64,000 nucleotides of DNA from Bacteroidota bacterium (GTDB lineage: Bacteria > Bacteroidota > Bacteroidia > Cytophagales > Spirosomataceae), in contig JAIUOF010000012.1 of the NCBI GenBank assembly GCA_020161355.1, forward strand, positions 48,522-112,521, written 5' to 3'. The notes beneath the pieces are model-generated. The model worked only from the letters and a program-made list of their open reading frames with translations. It was not told where the DNA came from and made no database searches. Made by a program: the position numbers and the translations under genes. This document shows, one piece after another, positions 9,359 to 19,159 of the stretch (position 1 is its first letter; every line of letters starts with the position of its first letter).

Positions 9359-10351
9359 ATGAAAGTTGCAGTCGTAGGAGCTACCGGATTGGTAGGTGGC
9401 GAAATCCTCAAAGTTTTGGCGGAAAGGAATTTTCCGGTAACAGAAATTATTCCGGTGGCATCAGAAAGAAGCATCGGAAAGAAGGTCGGATTTAAGGGTA
9501 AGGAATTCACAGTTGTAGGATACGATACGGCTATTTCTATGAAACCTAATGTAGCGATATTCTCCGCTGGTGGTGGTACTTCCACAGCCATTGCTCCAAA
9601 ATTTGCAGAAGCCGGTATCACGGTAATCGACAATTCTTCAGCCTGGCGTATGGACCCTACCAAGAAATTGGTTGTACCCGAAGTAAATGCCGACGTGCTT
9701 ACTTCTGAAGACAAAATCATCGCAAACCCTAATTGCTCAACCATCCAAATGGTCGTAGTAATGAAGCCTTTGCACGATAAATATAAAATCAAAAGAGTGG
9801 TTGTTTCAACCTATCAGTCAGTAACCGGGACCGGAAAAGCAGCCGTGGATCAGCTTTTTGCAGAGAGAGCCGGTGACGAAAGTGTGGCAAAGGTTTACCC
9901 GCATAAAATTGACCTCAATGTTCTTCCGCATATTGATGTTTTCCTTGAAAATGGCTATACCAAAGAAGAGATGAAAATGATCAAGGAGACCAACAAAATC
10001 ATGGGAGATGATAGTATTAAAGTAACTGCTACGACTGTTCGTATTCCTACTATCGGCGGGCATTCAGAGGCTGTAAACATAGAGTTTGAAAATGATTTTG
10101 ATCTTGCAACAGTGCGTGAGCTATTGGCAGCTACCGAAGGCGTGATTGTACAGGACGATCCTGCAAATTTTGAGTATCCGATGCCAATCAACGCACACGG
10201 CAAAGACGAAGTTTTTGTAGGTCGTATTCGTCGTGACGAGTCGCAGCCCAAAACGCTTAACCTTTGGGTGGTGGCTGACAACCTGCGTAAAGGTGCCGCA
10301 ACCAATGCCGTTCAGATAGCGGAGCATTTGTTGAAAAAAGGATTGATCTGA
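9359..10351 (+). CDS. asd: Aspartate-semialdehyde dehydrogenase
   Basis: It has MKVAVVGATGLVGGE (NAD-binding), IIANPNCSTIQM (active-site Cys) and RIPTIGGHSEAV. I trimmed the start from the tracked 9326 to the ATG at 9359. Confidence 0.9.
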   Translation: MKVAVVGATGLVGGEILKVLAERNFPVTEIIPVASERSIGKKVGFKGKEFTVVGYDTAISMKPNVAIFSAGGGTSTAIAPKFAEAGITVIDNSSAWRMDPTKKLVVPEVNADVLTSEDKIIANPNCSTIQMVVVMKPLHDKYKIKRVVVSTYQSVTGTGKAAVDQLFAERAGDESVAKVYPHKIDLNVLPHIDVFLENGYTKEEMKMIKETNKIMGDDSIKVTATTVRIPTIGGHSEAVNIEFENDFDLATVRELLAATEGVIVQDDPANFEYPMPINAHGKDEVFVGRIRRDESQPKTLNLWVVADNLRKGAATNAVQIAEHLLKKGLI

Positions 10352-10379
10352 AACAGCATATCAATATGAATCAACGAAG

Positions 10380-10410
10380 TCCCGCTGGAAAAACCGGCGG
10401 GATTTTTTTA
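10380..10410 (+). terminator. Rho-independent terminator after asd
   Basis: The stem is TCCCGCTGG / CCGGCGGGA with an AAAAA loop, followed by TTTTTTT. Confidence 0.6.
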
Positions 10411-10421
10411 TTTTCAAAAAA

Positions 10422-11303
10422 ATGAATCAAAAACACAAAGGCATTATTCTGATGGCCATCGGGGCGATTTGCTTCTCAGCCAAGGCAATATTTATTAAAC
10501 TCACTTATCAGCAATTTGATATTGACGATATTACTTTACTCACACTGAGATTTGGGATGTCCCTGCCATTTTTTGTAATTATTGGGCTTTACAGATATAA
10601 AAAGGGGCATTTTAAGGCAGTATCAGAAAAAGACTTCGGGGTCATCGCATTGTTATCTCTTTTGGGATATTATTGGGCCAGCTGGTTTGATTTTCGTGGC
10701 TTACAATATATTTCTGCCGGACTCGAAAGAATAATACTTTTTAGTTATCCTACATTGGTAATAATTTTTTCAAGTATTTTTTTGGGTAAAAAAATCACAA
10801 GAACGGGGCTTATCGCATTGGTCATCACCTATCTGGGAATCGCCATTATTGCATTAGATCCTAAAATTTTAAGTTCAAAAAACTTTGCATTAGGTGCAGG
10901 GTTGGTGTTAATCAGCTCCGTTACTTATGCCTTGTATCTGACATTTGGCGGGGAAATGATCAAGAAATATGGCTCCATAAACTTCAACACCCTGGCCATG
11001 ATTTTCTCTTCAGTATATGTTATCATTCATTTTGAGGTCTTTTCTAATGTGCCAATTTTTGAACTGCCCAGCGGTGTTTACCTCTACGGCCTGGCATTGG
11101 CAATTATTAGCACGGTTATTCCTACATTTTTGGTAATGGAAGGTATAAGATTGCTCGGTGCAGGGCTGGGTTCTATTGTTGGAAGTATCGGGCCTGTAGC
11201 AACGGTTATTTTGGGATATATTTTCCTTGGTGAAACTTTAAGTTTACAGGAAATTCTGGGTTCCGTTTTGGTATTAGTCGGAGTTTTGATAATAGGGAAA
11301 TAA
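10422..11303 (+). CDS. EamA/DMT-family permease
   Basis: 293 aa with about 10 predicted hydrophobic helices in two EamA-like halves. Confidence 0.8.
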   Translation: MNQKHKGIILMAIGAICFSAKAIFIKLTYQQFDIDDITLLTLRFGMSLPFFVIIGLYRYKKGHFKAVSEKDFGVIALLSLLGYYWASWFDFRGLQYISAGLERIILFSYPTLVIIFSSIFLGKKITRTGLIALVITYLGIAIIALDPKILSSKNFALGAGLVLISSVTYALYLTFGGEMIKKYGSINFNTLAMIFSSVYVIIHFEVFSNVPIFELPSGVYLYGLALAIISTVIPTFLVMEGIRLLGAGLGSIVGSIGPVATVILGYIFLGETLSLQEILGSVLVLVGVLIIGK

Positions 11304-11334
11304 AAAAATGAAGTGCCGCAATACAGCACTTCAT
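11302..11334 (-). terminator. Hairpin terminator serving the minus-strand LytTR gene (possibly bidirectional)
   Basis: The stem is ATGAAGTGC (11308-11316) / GCACTTCAT (11326-11334). The A-run at 11302-11307 becomes a T-tract on the minus strand. Confidence 0.45.
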
Positions 11335-11375
11335 TGCTAGTAACCCAAAAAGTAAAAATTAACGTCTAAGTGTTG

Positions 11376-11879
11376 TTAAGACACTCTCAGTTTAGTCTTC
11401 ATCCTGATCGTAGAACTTACATTTTCTCCGGATGCAGTCAAAAATCTTCTGAATTTTCTCCTGAAATCTGCAGCTTTTCTACGTGATATATTAATAATCT
11501 CGGACTCCATAAACAATTCTCCGCCTCTACAGTTGAATCTCAAATCTTTCACAAAATTGAAATTTACAATGTAAGATCTATGCGGACGAACAAAATTTGA
11601 TACCCCCTTTAACTCATCTTCAAAAATTCCGAGCGTTTTTGAGCTTATCAATTCTTTACCATTTCTTAATTTAAAAATGGTATAGTTTTTCGAACTTTTA
11701 AGATACACGATTTCATTTAGGTCTACCATGTTTCTTTTGCTAGCCACTCTCATCTGCATTTCAGTCTCTGTAGATAAGACACCCACCGAAGGCAGCCTCA
11801 ACGAGGTGCTAATTGCCATAGGTTTTGTATAAAGTAGTTTCATGTTAAAATTAATTAAGTATTTCCAGAAAGCGATCAA
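11376..11879 (-). CDS. Stand-alone LytTR DNA-binding domain protein
   Basis: The C-terminal region has the LytTR pattern: IVYLKSSKNYTIFKLRNGKELISSKTLGIFEDEL...FVRPHRSYIVNFNFV. No receiver domain is present. The start is uncertain, with Met codons at residues 1, 13 and 21. Confidence 0.7.
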   Translation of the reverse strand: MIAFWKYLINFNMKLLYTKPMAISTSLRLPSVGVLSTETEMQMRVASKRNMVDLNEIVYLKSSKNYTIFKLRNGKELISSKTLGIFEDELKGVSNFVRPHRSYIVNFNFVKDLRFNCRGGELFMESEIINISRRKAADFRRKFRRFLTASGENVSSTIRMKTKLRVS

Positions 11880-12049
11880 TTATTTCGATGCAATAATGCT
11901 ACCGTAAAATATATATTCATAGTATGATTCGATAAATGGTAAGGAATCGAAGATAAGTGACGGCATTTTTTTTTAATGCAACTTTGTGGCTTTTGGAAAT
12001 TGTGGGAATCCGATATTTTCTAATGTAAAAAAGACAAAAACCCTTTCAT

Positions 12050-12526
12050 TTAAGCACTAAACATATTTTTTAACAAAATCCATAACTTTCGTTTTTCGTC
12101 GTTTAGGTTTTTTTGAATGTCAAAAAGGGAATCAGTAAAAATAACTCTATGGGTAAGGTAGCTATGGATGGAATATTTCTGGGCTGGTACATTTATTTGT
12201 AATTCCTGAGGATTTACTCCGAAAAGGAATACATCTTTTCCCAGTTGTGGAATAGTTTGAGAGAAATCAGATCTTTTGAATATATCAGCATTAGTAATTG
12301 GTTGATTTACAGAAGATAATACTTTTTCCAAGAATAAAAATTCTTCTTTAGAAATGTCATCTACAAAAACGGAAATAGGTTTAGTGTGGACTTTTTCAAT
12401 TGGTTTTTGGGGAGCTGGGTTTTCTTCTGATACTGCTAAACCACCATCAAAGCGATTGTTTTTGTCAGAATCTAACAAAAAAATCGCTTCATTGGCAAAT
12501 ACATATCCTGCTAAGTGTTTTGTCAT
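12050..12526 (-). CDS. Hypothetical protein, translationally coupled to purA
   Basis: 158 aa. Its ATG overlaps the purA stop in a 4-nt ATGA overlap. I recognise no family. Confidence 0.5.
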   Translation of the reverse strand: MTKHLAGYVFANEAIFLLDSDKNNRFDGGLAVSEENPAPQKPIEKVHTKPISVFVDDISKEEFLFLEKVLSSVNQPITNADIFKRSDFSQTIPQLGKDVFLFGVNPQELQINVPAQKYSIHSYLTHRVIFTDSLFDIQKNLNDEKRKLWILLKNMFSA

Positions 12527-13800
12527 AAACCTGATTTACGCTCCAAAGTAGCTGTCCTGTCAGGACTGGTCGAAACATAGGTTACCGGCACACCTACTTC
12601 TCTTTCGATATATGAGGTATATTCCTGCAATTCGACGGGCATTTTTTCGAAATCATTAATGCCAGCCAGACTTGTGGCCCAGCCTTTCATGGTTTTATAT
12701 ACCGGCGTAATCTCTATATCGCAAATATCATAAGGGAGCTCTTCAGTTATAGTACCATCGGGTAGTTTATAGTGCGTACAAATTTTTATTTCATCAAAGA
12801 TATTAAGCACATCCGCCTTCATCATGATTAGTTGCGTAACCCCATTGAGCATAATAGAGTACTTCAATGCAGGCAAGTCAAGCCATCCGGTGCGACGAGG
12901 CCTTCCGGTGGTGCTACCAAACTCCCACCCTTCTTGTCTCATTCTTTCACCTTCATCATCTAAAAGCTCGGTAGGAAAAGGCCCGGATCCAACACGTGTA
13001 CAATAGGCTTTGAAGATACCGTAAACTTCGTTGATTTTGGAAGGCGACACTCCAAGACCTGAACACACGCCCGCTGCAGTGGTATTTGATGAAGTTACAA
13101 AAGGATATGAGCCAAAATCAACATCGAGTAAAGAGCCCTGGGCACCTTCAGCCAGAACTTTTGTGCCGGCTTTGAGTTGTTCATTTAAAAGGTATTCACC
13201 ATCCACCAAATTAAACCCTTTGATAAATTCTACCGCTTCAAAAAACTCTTTTTCGGCTTCTTCCAACTGATATTCATGATTGTAAAATGCCAGTATTTGT
13301 TTATGACTGTTTACAAGTTTTTCATATTTTTCTTTAAAAGATTCGGATAAAATATCACCCAATCTTAGGCCCTGGCGAGAAATCTTGTCAGAATAGGCAG
13401 GTCCGATACCTTTTAGTGTAGAACCAATTTTTGACTTTCCTTTGGCATTTTCATAGGCGGCATCGAGTATCCTATGGGTTGGGATAATCACCGCTGTTTT
13501 TTTGGAAACAAATAAATTTTTTGAAAAATCAATATTATAATCTTTCAAGCCAAGAATTTCTTTTTTGAAAATTATGGGGTCAAGTACAACTCCATTTCCG
13601 ATAATATTGATACAATCTTCTCTGAATATCCCTGATGGAATTTGGTGTAAAACATGTTTTTTCCCGTCAAATTCCAAAGTATGGCCGGCATTTGGGCCAC
13701 CCTGAAACCTGGCAACAACTTTATAATCAGGAGCGAGTACATCCACAATTTTTCCCTTACCTTCATCGCCCCATTGAAGTCCTAATAGAATATCAATCAT
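12523..13800 (-). CDS. purA: Adenylosuccinate synthase
   Basis: It has the GLQWGDEGKGK P-loop, GPNAGHT, GIGPAY and TTGRPRR motifs. I trimmed the start to Met at 13800 (MIDILLGLQWGDEGKGK). The tracked start at 13854 overlaps fur. Confidence 0.9.
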   Translation of the reverse strand: MIDILLGLQWGDEGKGKIVDVLAPDYKVVARFQGGPNAGHTLEFDGKKHVLHQIPSGIFREDCINIIGNGVVLDPIIFKKEILGLKDYNIDFSKNLFVSKKTAVIIPTHRILDAAYENAKGKSKIGSTLKGIGPAYSDKISRQGLRLGDILSESFKEKYEKLVNSHKQILAFYNHEYQLEEAEKEFFEAVEFIKGFNLVDGEYLLNEQLKAGTKVLAEGAQGSLLDVDFGSYPFVTSSNTTAAGVCSGLGVSPSKINEVYGIFKAYCTRVGSGPFPTELLDDEGERMRQEGWEFGSTTGRPRRTGWLDLPALKYSIMLNGVTQLIMMKADVLNIFDEIKICTHYKLPDGTITEELPYDICDIEITPVYKTMKGWATSLAGINDFEKMPVELQEYTSYIEREVGVPVTYVSTSPDRTATLERKSGL

Positions 13801-13829
13801 TAATTTAGAATTATTTTTTTCGTTATATT

Positions 13830-14294
13830 TTATTTTTCTATTCTGTTTTCGCAATGCTCTTTTTTGCAGTTGCCATAAAAGATCAAAGAGTGGTGCATTA
13901 CTTCAAAGCCTAAAAACTCACCCACCATATTTTGGATATTTTGTACTCTTGGGTCACAAAATTCCAGCACTTTGTTACAATCCATACAGATCAGGTGGTC
14001 GTGTTGTTTAAACCCAAAAGATTTTTCATACTGAGCGAGGTTTCGGCCAAACTGATGTTTGGTTACCAGGTCACATTCAACAAGAAGATCAAGCGTGTTG
14101 TAAACTGTTGCCCGGCTTACCTGATATTTTTTGTTTTTCATGGAGATGTAAAGATCCTCTACATCAAAATGGTCAGTTCTGTTGTAGATTTCTTCTAGTA
14201 TGGCATACCTTTCCGGCGTTTTTCTCAATTGTTTGTTTTCGAGATACGCAGTGAAAATTTGTTTCGCCGAAAGGAAATTTTTATTGTTATCCAT
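13830..14294 (-). CDS. fur: Fur-family transcriptional regulator
   Basis: 154 aa. It has a winged-helix N-domain ([12 protein letters not shown]) and metal sites [11 protein letters not shown] and ...GNCKKEHC. Confidence 0.85.
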   Translation of the reverse strand: MDNNKNFLSAKQIFTAYLENKQLRKTPERYAILEEIYNRTDHFDVEDLYISMKNKKYQVSRATVYNTLDLLVECDLVTKHQFGRNLAQYEKSFGFKQHDHLICMDCNKVLEFCDPRVQNIQNMVGEFLGFEVMHHSLIFYGNCKKEHCENRIEK

Positions 14295-14376
14295 CAGATA
14301 AATTCAAAGCAATACATTTCAGTATTTTTAAAAGGCAAAATTACGAGATTTTATAAGGAATTGTATGAATAATTTA

Positions 14377-14931
14377 TCAAAACTCCATTTTTAATCCAAA
14401 TCTATCATTTGAAATAAATCCAAGATTAATATCAAATTCACTTTTGACAGCTTTTTTCTTTATATTATTGTTATTGTAGATGTTAACTGATTTTTCACGG
14501 AATTCATTGCCATACTCAAGAAGACTTACACCTATGGAGAAAACAGCTATTCCGCCTAAAACCTGAAAAATAGGTCGTTTGTAATATACGTAGGTTTTCC
14601 CTTCAATTTCGGCCTCCATGCGTGTACCCTTGATGGCATCATAGGCCATATAAACCCCTCCGGCCATTAAACCACATCCGGAAGGGATGAAATACTTAGA
14701 ACGATTGATTAGGGATACCGGTTTTTTAAGTCCTTTATCCAGAAACAATTCCACAGCTTTTTTGTCTGAAATCTTTATTCCGTTTTGGTAAATCCTGGTG
14801 TTTACAAATATCCTTTTGGAGGTTAAAGTCTGGGTACTATCGCTATTTTGAGAAAACCCCATTAACGGAAATCCGATGGAAATCACCAGGGTGAATATAG
14901 ATGCTAAAGTAATTCTGTTTAGTTTTTCCAT
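14377..14931 (-). CDS. Hypothetical membrane/secreted protein
   Basis: 184 aa with an N-terminal signal or anchor plus two internal hydrophobic segments. It starts 10 nt downstream of relA/spoT. Confidence 0.5.
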   Translation of the reverse strand: MEKLNRITLASIFTLVISIGFPLMGFSQNSDSTQTLTSKRIFVNTRIYQNGIKISDKKAVELFLDKGLKKPVSLINRSKYFIPSGCGLMAGGVYMAYDAIKGTRMEAEIEGKTYVYYKRPIFQVLGGIAVFSIGVSLLEYGNEFREKSVNIYNNNNIKKKAVKSEFDINLGFISNDRFGLKMEF

Positions 14932-14941
14932 TTTGTGAAAG

Positions 14942-17209
14942 TTATTCTGTTGCTGCTCTAAGTACCGAATTTACCCCTTCAATTTCTTCAAGCTTACCAA
15001 TCAGTATGTCAAGATGTTTGGTGTCGAAGACATACACTTTTATTTTTCCTTCAAAAATACCATCAAAAGTTTCAACTGACAAACCCCGCATGTTAATGTG
15101 AAGTTCACCTGAAATCACTTTTGAAATATCTTGTATCATACCAACGCGGTCTATGCCACTCAGTTCTATAGTTACCAGGTAGGATTTCTCCAATTGGCTT
15201 GCCCACCTTGCCTTGATAACCCGGTTTCCATAATTTGATAGCAATTGCTGGGCATTGGGGCATAGATTACGATGTATTTTTATTCCTTCGTTTATTGTTA
15301 AAAATCCGAAAACATCATCGCCCGGAATAGGATTGCAGCATCTGGCAAGGGTGAAATCTATCTGCTGCATATCGTCTCCGATTAGCAATGTATCATTTCC
15401 TTTTACTTTTTGAATTTCTTTCTCAAAGCTTTTTGCATCTTTAAAGGCTTTTTCGTCAATTACAATTTTTTTCTGACGATTGGCCATCGCCTCTCTTTCC
15501 TGTTTAAATTTCTTTATTTCGTCGGCTTGTATATAAGTTTTACCAAAGAAATAAAACAGTTCATTATAGTCTTTTTTATTAAAAAATGCCCTCAGTTGGT
15601 TCAGAACCTCAAGGGTAGGCTCTATGCCCAGATTTTTAAGTTTTTTGTAAATAATATCCTTGCCTTCACTTATGTGGGTTTTGTTTGATTCTTTTAAGAT
15701 GTCTTTAATTCGGGCTTTAGCTTTGGAAGTAACCACAAACCTCAGCCAGTCTTCAGAAGGTTTTTGATTTTTAGTAGTCAGGATTTCAACCTGATCTCCG
15801 TTTTGAAGCACATGGCTAATAGGTACCAGGTGGCTGTTAACTTTGCCGGCAGTGCATTTTTTGCCTATTTCAGTATGTATATCAAAAGCAAAATCAAGAA
15901 CTGTGGCTCCCTTTCTTAATACTTTTAAATCACCTTTTGGAGTAAACACAAAAACCTCTTCGCTGAATAGGTTTCCTCTAAAGTCTTCCAAAAATTCAAT
16001 GGCGGAATTGTCTTTGTCTGCCAAAGTATCCCTTACTTGATTGAGCCATTGGTCAAGTGGCTTGTCCAGTGTGGTGTCAGTGCCTTTATATTTCCAGTGT
16101 GCCGCATAGCCCTTTTCGGCTATTTCGTCCATACGCTCAGTTCTGATTTGTACCTCTACCCACACACCCTGATTACTCATAACAGTAGTATGTAGCGATT
16201 CATAGCCGTTGGCTCTGGGAGTAGAAATCCAGTCTTTGAGTCGGTCCGGATTGGGGCGGTACTCATCTGTTACAATTGAATAAGCCTGCCAGCAAGCTGC
16301 CTTTTCTTTATCATGCTCGGCAGGGGGAATGCCTTTGATGATAATACGAATGGCAAAAAGATCATAAATATTCTCAAATGAAACGTTTTGCGTGGTGAGT
16401 TTTTTCCAGATAGAATAAATATGCTTTGGCCGGCCTTTGATATAAAAATTTAACCCAGCTTCGGCGAGACGTTTGTTGAGAGGTTTCATAAACCCGTCAA
16501 TTAACCTTTTTCTGGCCGTTTTTGATGAACTCAGTTTAGAAGAAATCTCTTTATATTTCTCGGGTTCTGTATATTTCAAATAAAGATCTTCAAGTTCTGA
16601 TTTTATCTGATAGAGACCTAGCCGGTGTGCCAGAGGAGCGTAGATATAAATTGTTTCATGTGCGATTTTCAGTTGGGAGTTTCTGGCCATGCTACCAAGT
16701 GTACGCATGTTGTGCAGTCTGTCAGCTAATTTTATCAAAATAACCCTTACATCTTGTGAGAGGGTAAGAAGCATTTTCCGGAAGTTTTCTGCTTGTGCAC
16801 TTTGGGTTTGTTCAAAATTCTCTGCGATCTTGGTCAAGCCATCGATTATTTGAGCTACTTTAGGCCCAAAGTCTTTTTCAATTTCTTTGAGCGTGATATG
16901 TGTGTCTTCAACTACATCATGTAACAGAGCACAGATTATTGAAGTGGGCCCCAGGCCAATTTCCTCAACACAAATCAATGCAACCTCAAGTGGGTGATAA
17001 ATATAAGGTTCGCCTGACTTTCGACGCATCTCTTTATGTGCTTCCATCGAAATGTTCAATGCCTTTCTTATTACCCTGGTGTCACCTTCTTTTATGTATT
17101 CTTTGGCTCCGTTTAAGATTTTCCGATATCTTTTCGAAATCTCTTTCTTTTCGGTTTCCGAATAATATTCTTTTTCCGGTGATTTGTTATTTATGATTTG
17201 CTGACTCAT
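14942..17209 (-). CDS. relA: Bifunctional (p)ppGpp synthetase/hydrolase (RelA/SpoT homologue)
   Basis: 755 aa. It has an HD hydrolase domain (LLHDVVEDT), a synthetase domain (YESLHTTV), and TGS and C-terminal ACT regions. Confidence 0.9.
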   Translation of the reverse strand: MSQQIINNKSPEKEYYSETEKKEISKRYRKILNGAKEYIKEGDTRVIRKALNISMEAHKEMRRKSGEPYIYHPLEVALICVEEIGLGPTSIICALLHDVVEDTHITLKEIEKDFGPKVAQIIDGLTKIAENFEQTQSAQAENFRKMLLTLSQDVRVILIKLADRLHNMRTLGSMARNSQLKIAHETIYIYAPLAHRLGLYQIKSELEDLYLKYTEPEKYKEISSKLSSSKTARKRLIDGFMKPLNKRLAEAGLNFYIKGRPKHIYSIWKKLTTQNVSFENIYDLFAIRIIIKGIPPAEHDKEKAACWQAYSIVTDEYRPNPDRLKDWISTPRANGYESLHTTVMSNQGVWVEVQIRTERMDEIAEKGYAAHWKYKGTDTTLDKPLDQWLNQVRDTLADKDNSAIEFLEDFRGNLFSEEVFVFTPKGDLKVLRKGATVLDFAFDIHTEIGKKCTAGKVNSHLVPISHVLQNGDQVEILTTKNQKPSEDWLRFVVTSKAKARIKDILKESNKTHISEGKDIIYKKLKNLGIEPTLEVLNQLRAFFNKKDYNELFYFFGKTYIQADEIKKFKQEREAMANRQKKIVIDEKAFKDAKSFEKEIQKVKGNDTLLIGDDMQQIDFTLARCCNPIPGDDVFGFLTINEGIKIHRNLCPNAQQLLSNYGNRVIKARWASQLEKSYLVTIELSGIDRVGMIQDISKVISGELHINMRGLSVETFDGIFEGKIKVYVFDTKHLDILIGKLEEIEGVNSVLRAATE

Positions 17210-17466
17210 GATTTACCCCTTATTTTCGGAAAACATACTTGATATGCTAAAGTAAACAAAAATTGAAAAGACCAAAAACATTGTTAATTATAAAAAGAAA
17301 TTGGATTAACGATATTTCAACAAATGGATGGATTTTTACAAACATGGGCACCTTATTTTGCAATAAGTAAATTTCATATTTACAGAACCGTTAGACACCC
17401 GTAGAATATTTTTGTCGATTCCATTTCACAATTATTTTAATTTATTGAAAAAAAGAAAAAGATTTT

Positions 17467-17496
17467 TTGAATAATAAAAAAATAAAACTAACTTTG
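17467..17496 (+). promoter_or_regulatory. Candidate Bacteroidota-type promoter for tRNA-Leu/tig
   Basis: TTG lies at 17467-17469 and TAACTTTG (TAnnTTTG, -7 motif) at 17489-17496, spaced 19 nt apart. The motif is about 30 nt upstream of the tRNA 5' end. Confidence 0.35.
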
Positions 17497-17526
17497 CAGC
17501 CCGAATGAGAAACGGTCTTATTCTAT

Positions 17527-17608
17527 GCGGGCGTGGCGGAACTGGTAGACGTGCTAGACTTAGGATCTAGTGCCGCAAGGCGTGGGGGTTCGATTCCCTC
17601 CGCCCGTA
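17527..17608 (+). tRNA. tRNA-Leu (anticodon TAG)
   Basis: Folded by hand. The acceptor stem is GCGGGCG / CGCCCGT, with a D-arm GGCGGAACTGGTAGAC and an anticodon loop CTTAGGA. It has a long variable arm and a T-arm GGGGGTTCGATTCCCTC. No CCA is encoded. Confidence 0.85.
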
Positions 17609-17613
17609 CTTCT

Positions 17614-17650
17614 AACCCTTCAAACCGGATAACCAGTTTGAAGGGTTTTT
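17614..17650 (+). terminator. Hairpin plus T-tract immediately after tRNA-Leu
   Basis: A perfect 12-bp stem, AACCCTTCAAAC / GTTTGAAGGGTT, has a 10-nt loop and is followed by TTT. Confidence 0.6.
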
Positions 17651-17688
17651 GAATTTTTAAGAACTTCTGTAAAAATCGTTGTAAATTA

Positions 17689-19032
17689 ATGCAAACAAAA
17701 TTCGACAAAATTTCTTCGACTTTCGCCAATCTCACTGTAGAGGTAAGTGAAGCCGATTATGCTCCTGCAGTAGATAAAAAACTAAAAGAATATGCCAAAA
17801 CAGCCCATGTTAAAGGTTTTAGACCAGGACATGTGCCTTTGCAATATATCAAAAGCATATATGGTAAAAGTGTACTTATTGACGAAGTGATAAAAATCGC
17901 TTCTGATGAAGTAAATAAGGCCGTTGCTGATAATAAAATCAAGGTAGTAGGGGAGCCTTTGCCCAAAGAAGACTCATATAAAATTGATTGGTCAGCTCAA
18001 AAAGAGTACAAGTTTGAGTATGAAATCGGTTTTGCATCTGATTTTACCATAGATATTGATAGTCTTCCTTCTATCACTCATTATGAAATTGAGCCCTCTG
18101 ATGAACAAACCAACAAGTCTATTGAAGACCTCAAAAATAGGTTTGGCAATGAAATTGAGCCCGAAGAGGTAGAATTGGGAGATTTAGTTTTCGGGAAACT
18201 AAGTCAGGCTTCAACAGAATTCTTTTTTCAGTCAGGTATTCCAACTGATAAAGTAAAAGTAGCCTCTCAGTTTATTTTCAAAGGACTCGAAAAGGGAAGT
18301 AAAGTAACTTTTGACATTCAGTCAATTTTCGAAACCGTAAAAGAATTAGGATTTGCCACCGGTAAGTCAGATGAAGATGCAGCAGCTTTGAGTGGTGAGT
18401 TTGAATTTGAAGTGGAGAAAATTTCCAGAATGCAACCTGCTGATATGGATCAGGCATTTTTTGACAGAGTTTTGGGTACGCCCGGAAAAGCGACCGATGA
18501 AGCAGATTTTAGAAATCAGGTTAAGCAAATAATAAAAGGAAACTATAGCAGAGAGGCTGATTTTCTGCTTGATTTTGATATTGACAACTTACTTGTTCAA
18601 AATACTGCTATTGAGCTTCCGGTTGAATTTCTAAAAAAATGGTTACTAGAGCTTAATGAAGGAAAGGCTACCCAGGAAGACATCGACCGTGAGTTTGATG
18701 CCATTGCAAAAGGGCTGAAACTTGATTTGATTAAAACCGAAATTGCCAAGCAACACGATATCAAACTGGAATACAACGATGTGCTGGAAGAGGTCAAAGA
18801 AGAAATCAGAGGGTATTTCGGTGGTCAGGGCTTTGATGGAATGGAAGAATTTATTGATCAAATGGCTAAAAAGCAACTTGCTGAGAAAAAGCAGGAAGAT
18901 GTTAGAAAATATACCGACAAAGCTTTTGGACGTAAAGTGGTTAATTTCCTGAAAGAAAAAATCAAAAAAGACCAGAAAACAGTTATGGTTGATGAGTTTA
19001 CTGAAATAGCTAACGAAAGGTTCAAGGCTTAA
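17689..19032 (+). CDS. tig: Trigger factor
   Basis: 447 aa. The N-terminal ribosome-binding signature GFRPGHVP is present and the overall layout fits trigger factor. Confidence 0.9.
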   Translation: MQTKFDKISSTFANLTVEVSEADYAPAVDKKLKEYAKTAHVKGFRPGHVPLQYIKSIYGKSVLIDEVIKIASDEVNKAVADNKIKVVGEPLPKEDSYKIDWSAQKEYKFEYEIGFASDFTIDIDSLPSITHYEIEPSDEQTNKSIEDLKNRFGNEIEPEEVELGDLVFGKLSQASTEFFFQSGIPTDKVKVASQFIFKGLEKGSKVTFDIQSIFETVKELGFATGKSDEDAAALSGEFEFEVEKISRMQPADMDQAFFDRVLGTPGKATDEADFRNQVKQIIKGNYSREADFLLDFDIDNLLVQNTAIELPVEFLKKWLLELNEGKATQEDIDREFDAIAKGLKLDLIKTEIAKQHDIKLEYNDVLEEVKEEIRGYFGGQGFDGMEEFIDQMAKKQLAEKKQEDVRKYTDKAFGRKVVNFLKEKIKKDQKTVMVDEFTEIANERFKA

Positions 19033-19052
19033 TCTGGTTATAAAATATTCTA

Positions 19053-19089
19053 AAATCGGGTATTTGACGAGGTCAGGTACCCGATTTTT
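19053..19089 (+). terminator. Hairpin between tig and clpP (terminator or attenuator)
   Basis: The stem is AAATCGGGTA / TACCCGATTT, followed by TT. Confidence 0.45.
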
Positions 19090-19159
19090 GATTTTGGAGA
19101 TTGAACTTTTAAAAACTTTACATAGTTTTGATTTTAGATAAATTAAAAAAAGAATTATC

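Noticed and set aside
17527-17650. tRNA-Leu as an integration site for a genomic island
   Set aside because: No integrase lies downstream and no repeat of the tRNA 3' end is visible there. The next genes are tig and clpP.
17523-17735. A 70-aa minus-strand ORF
   Set aside because: It overlaps the tRNA-Leu gene and its terminator on the opposite strand. It is an artefact.
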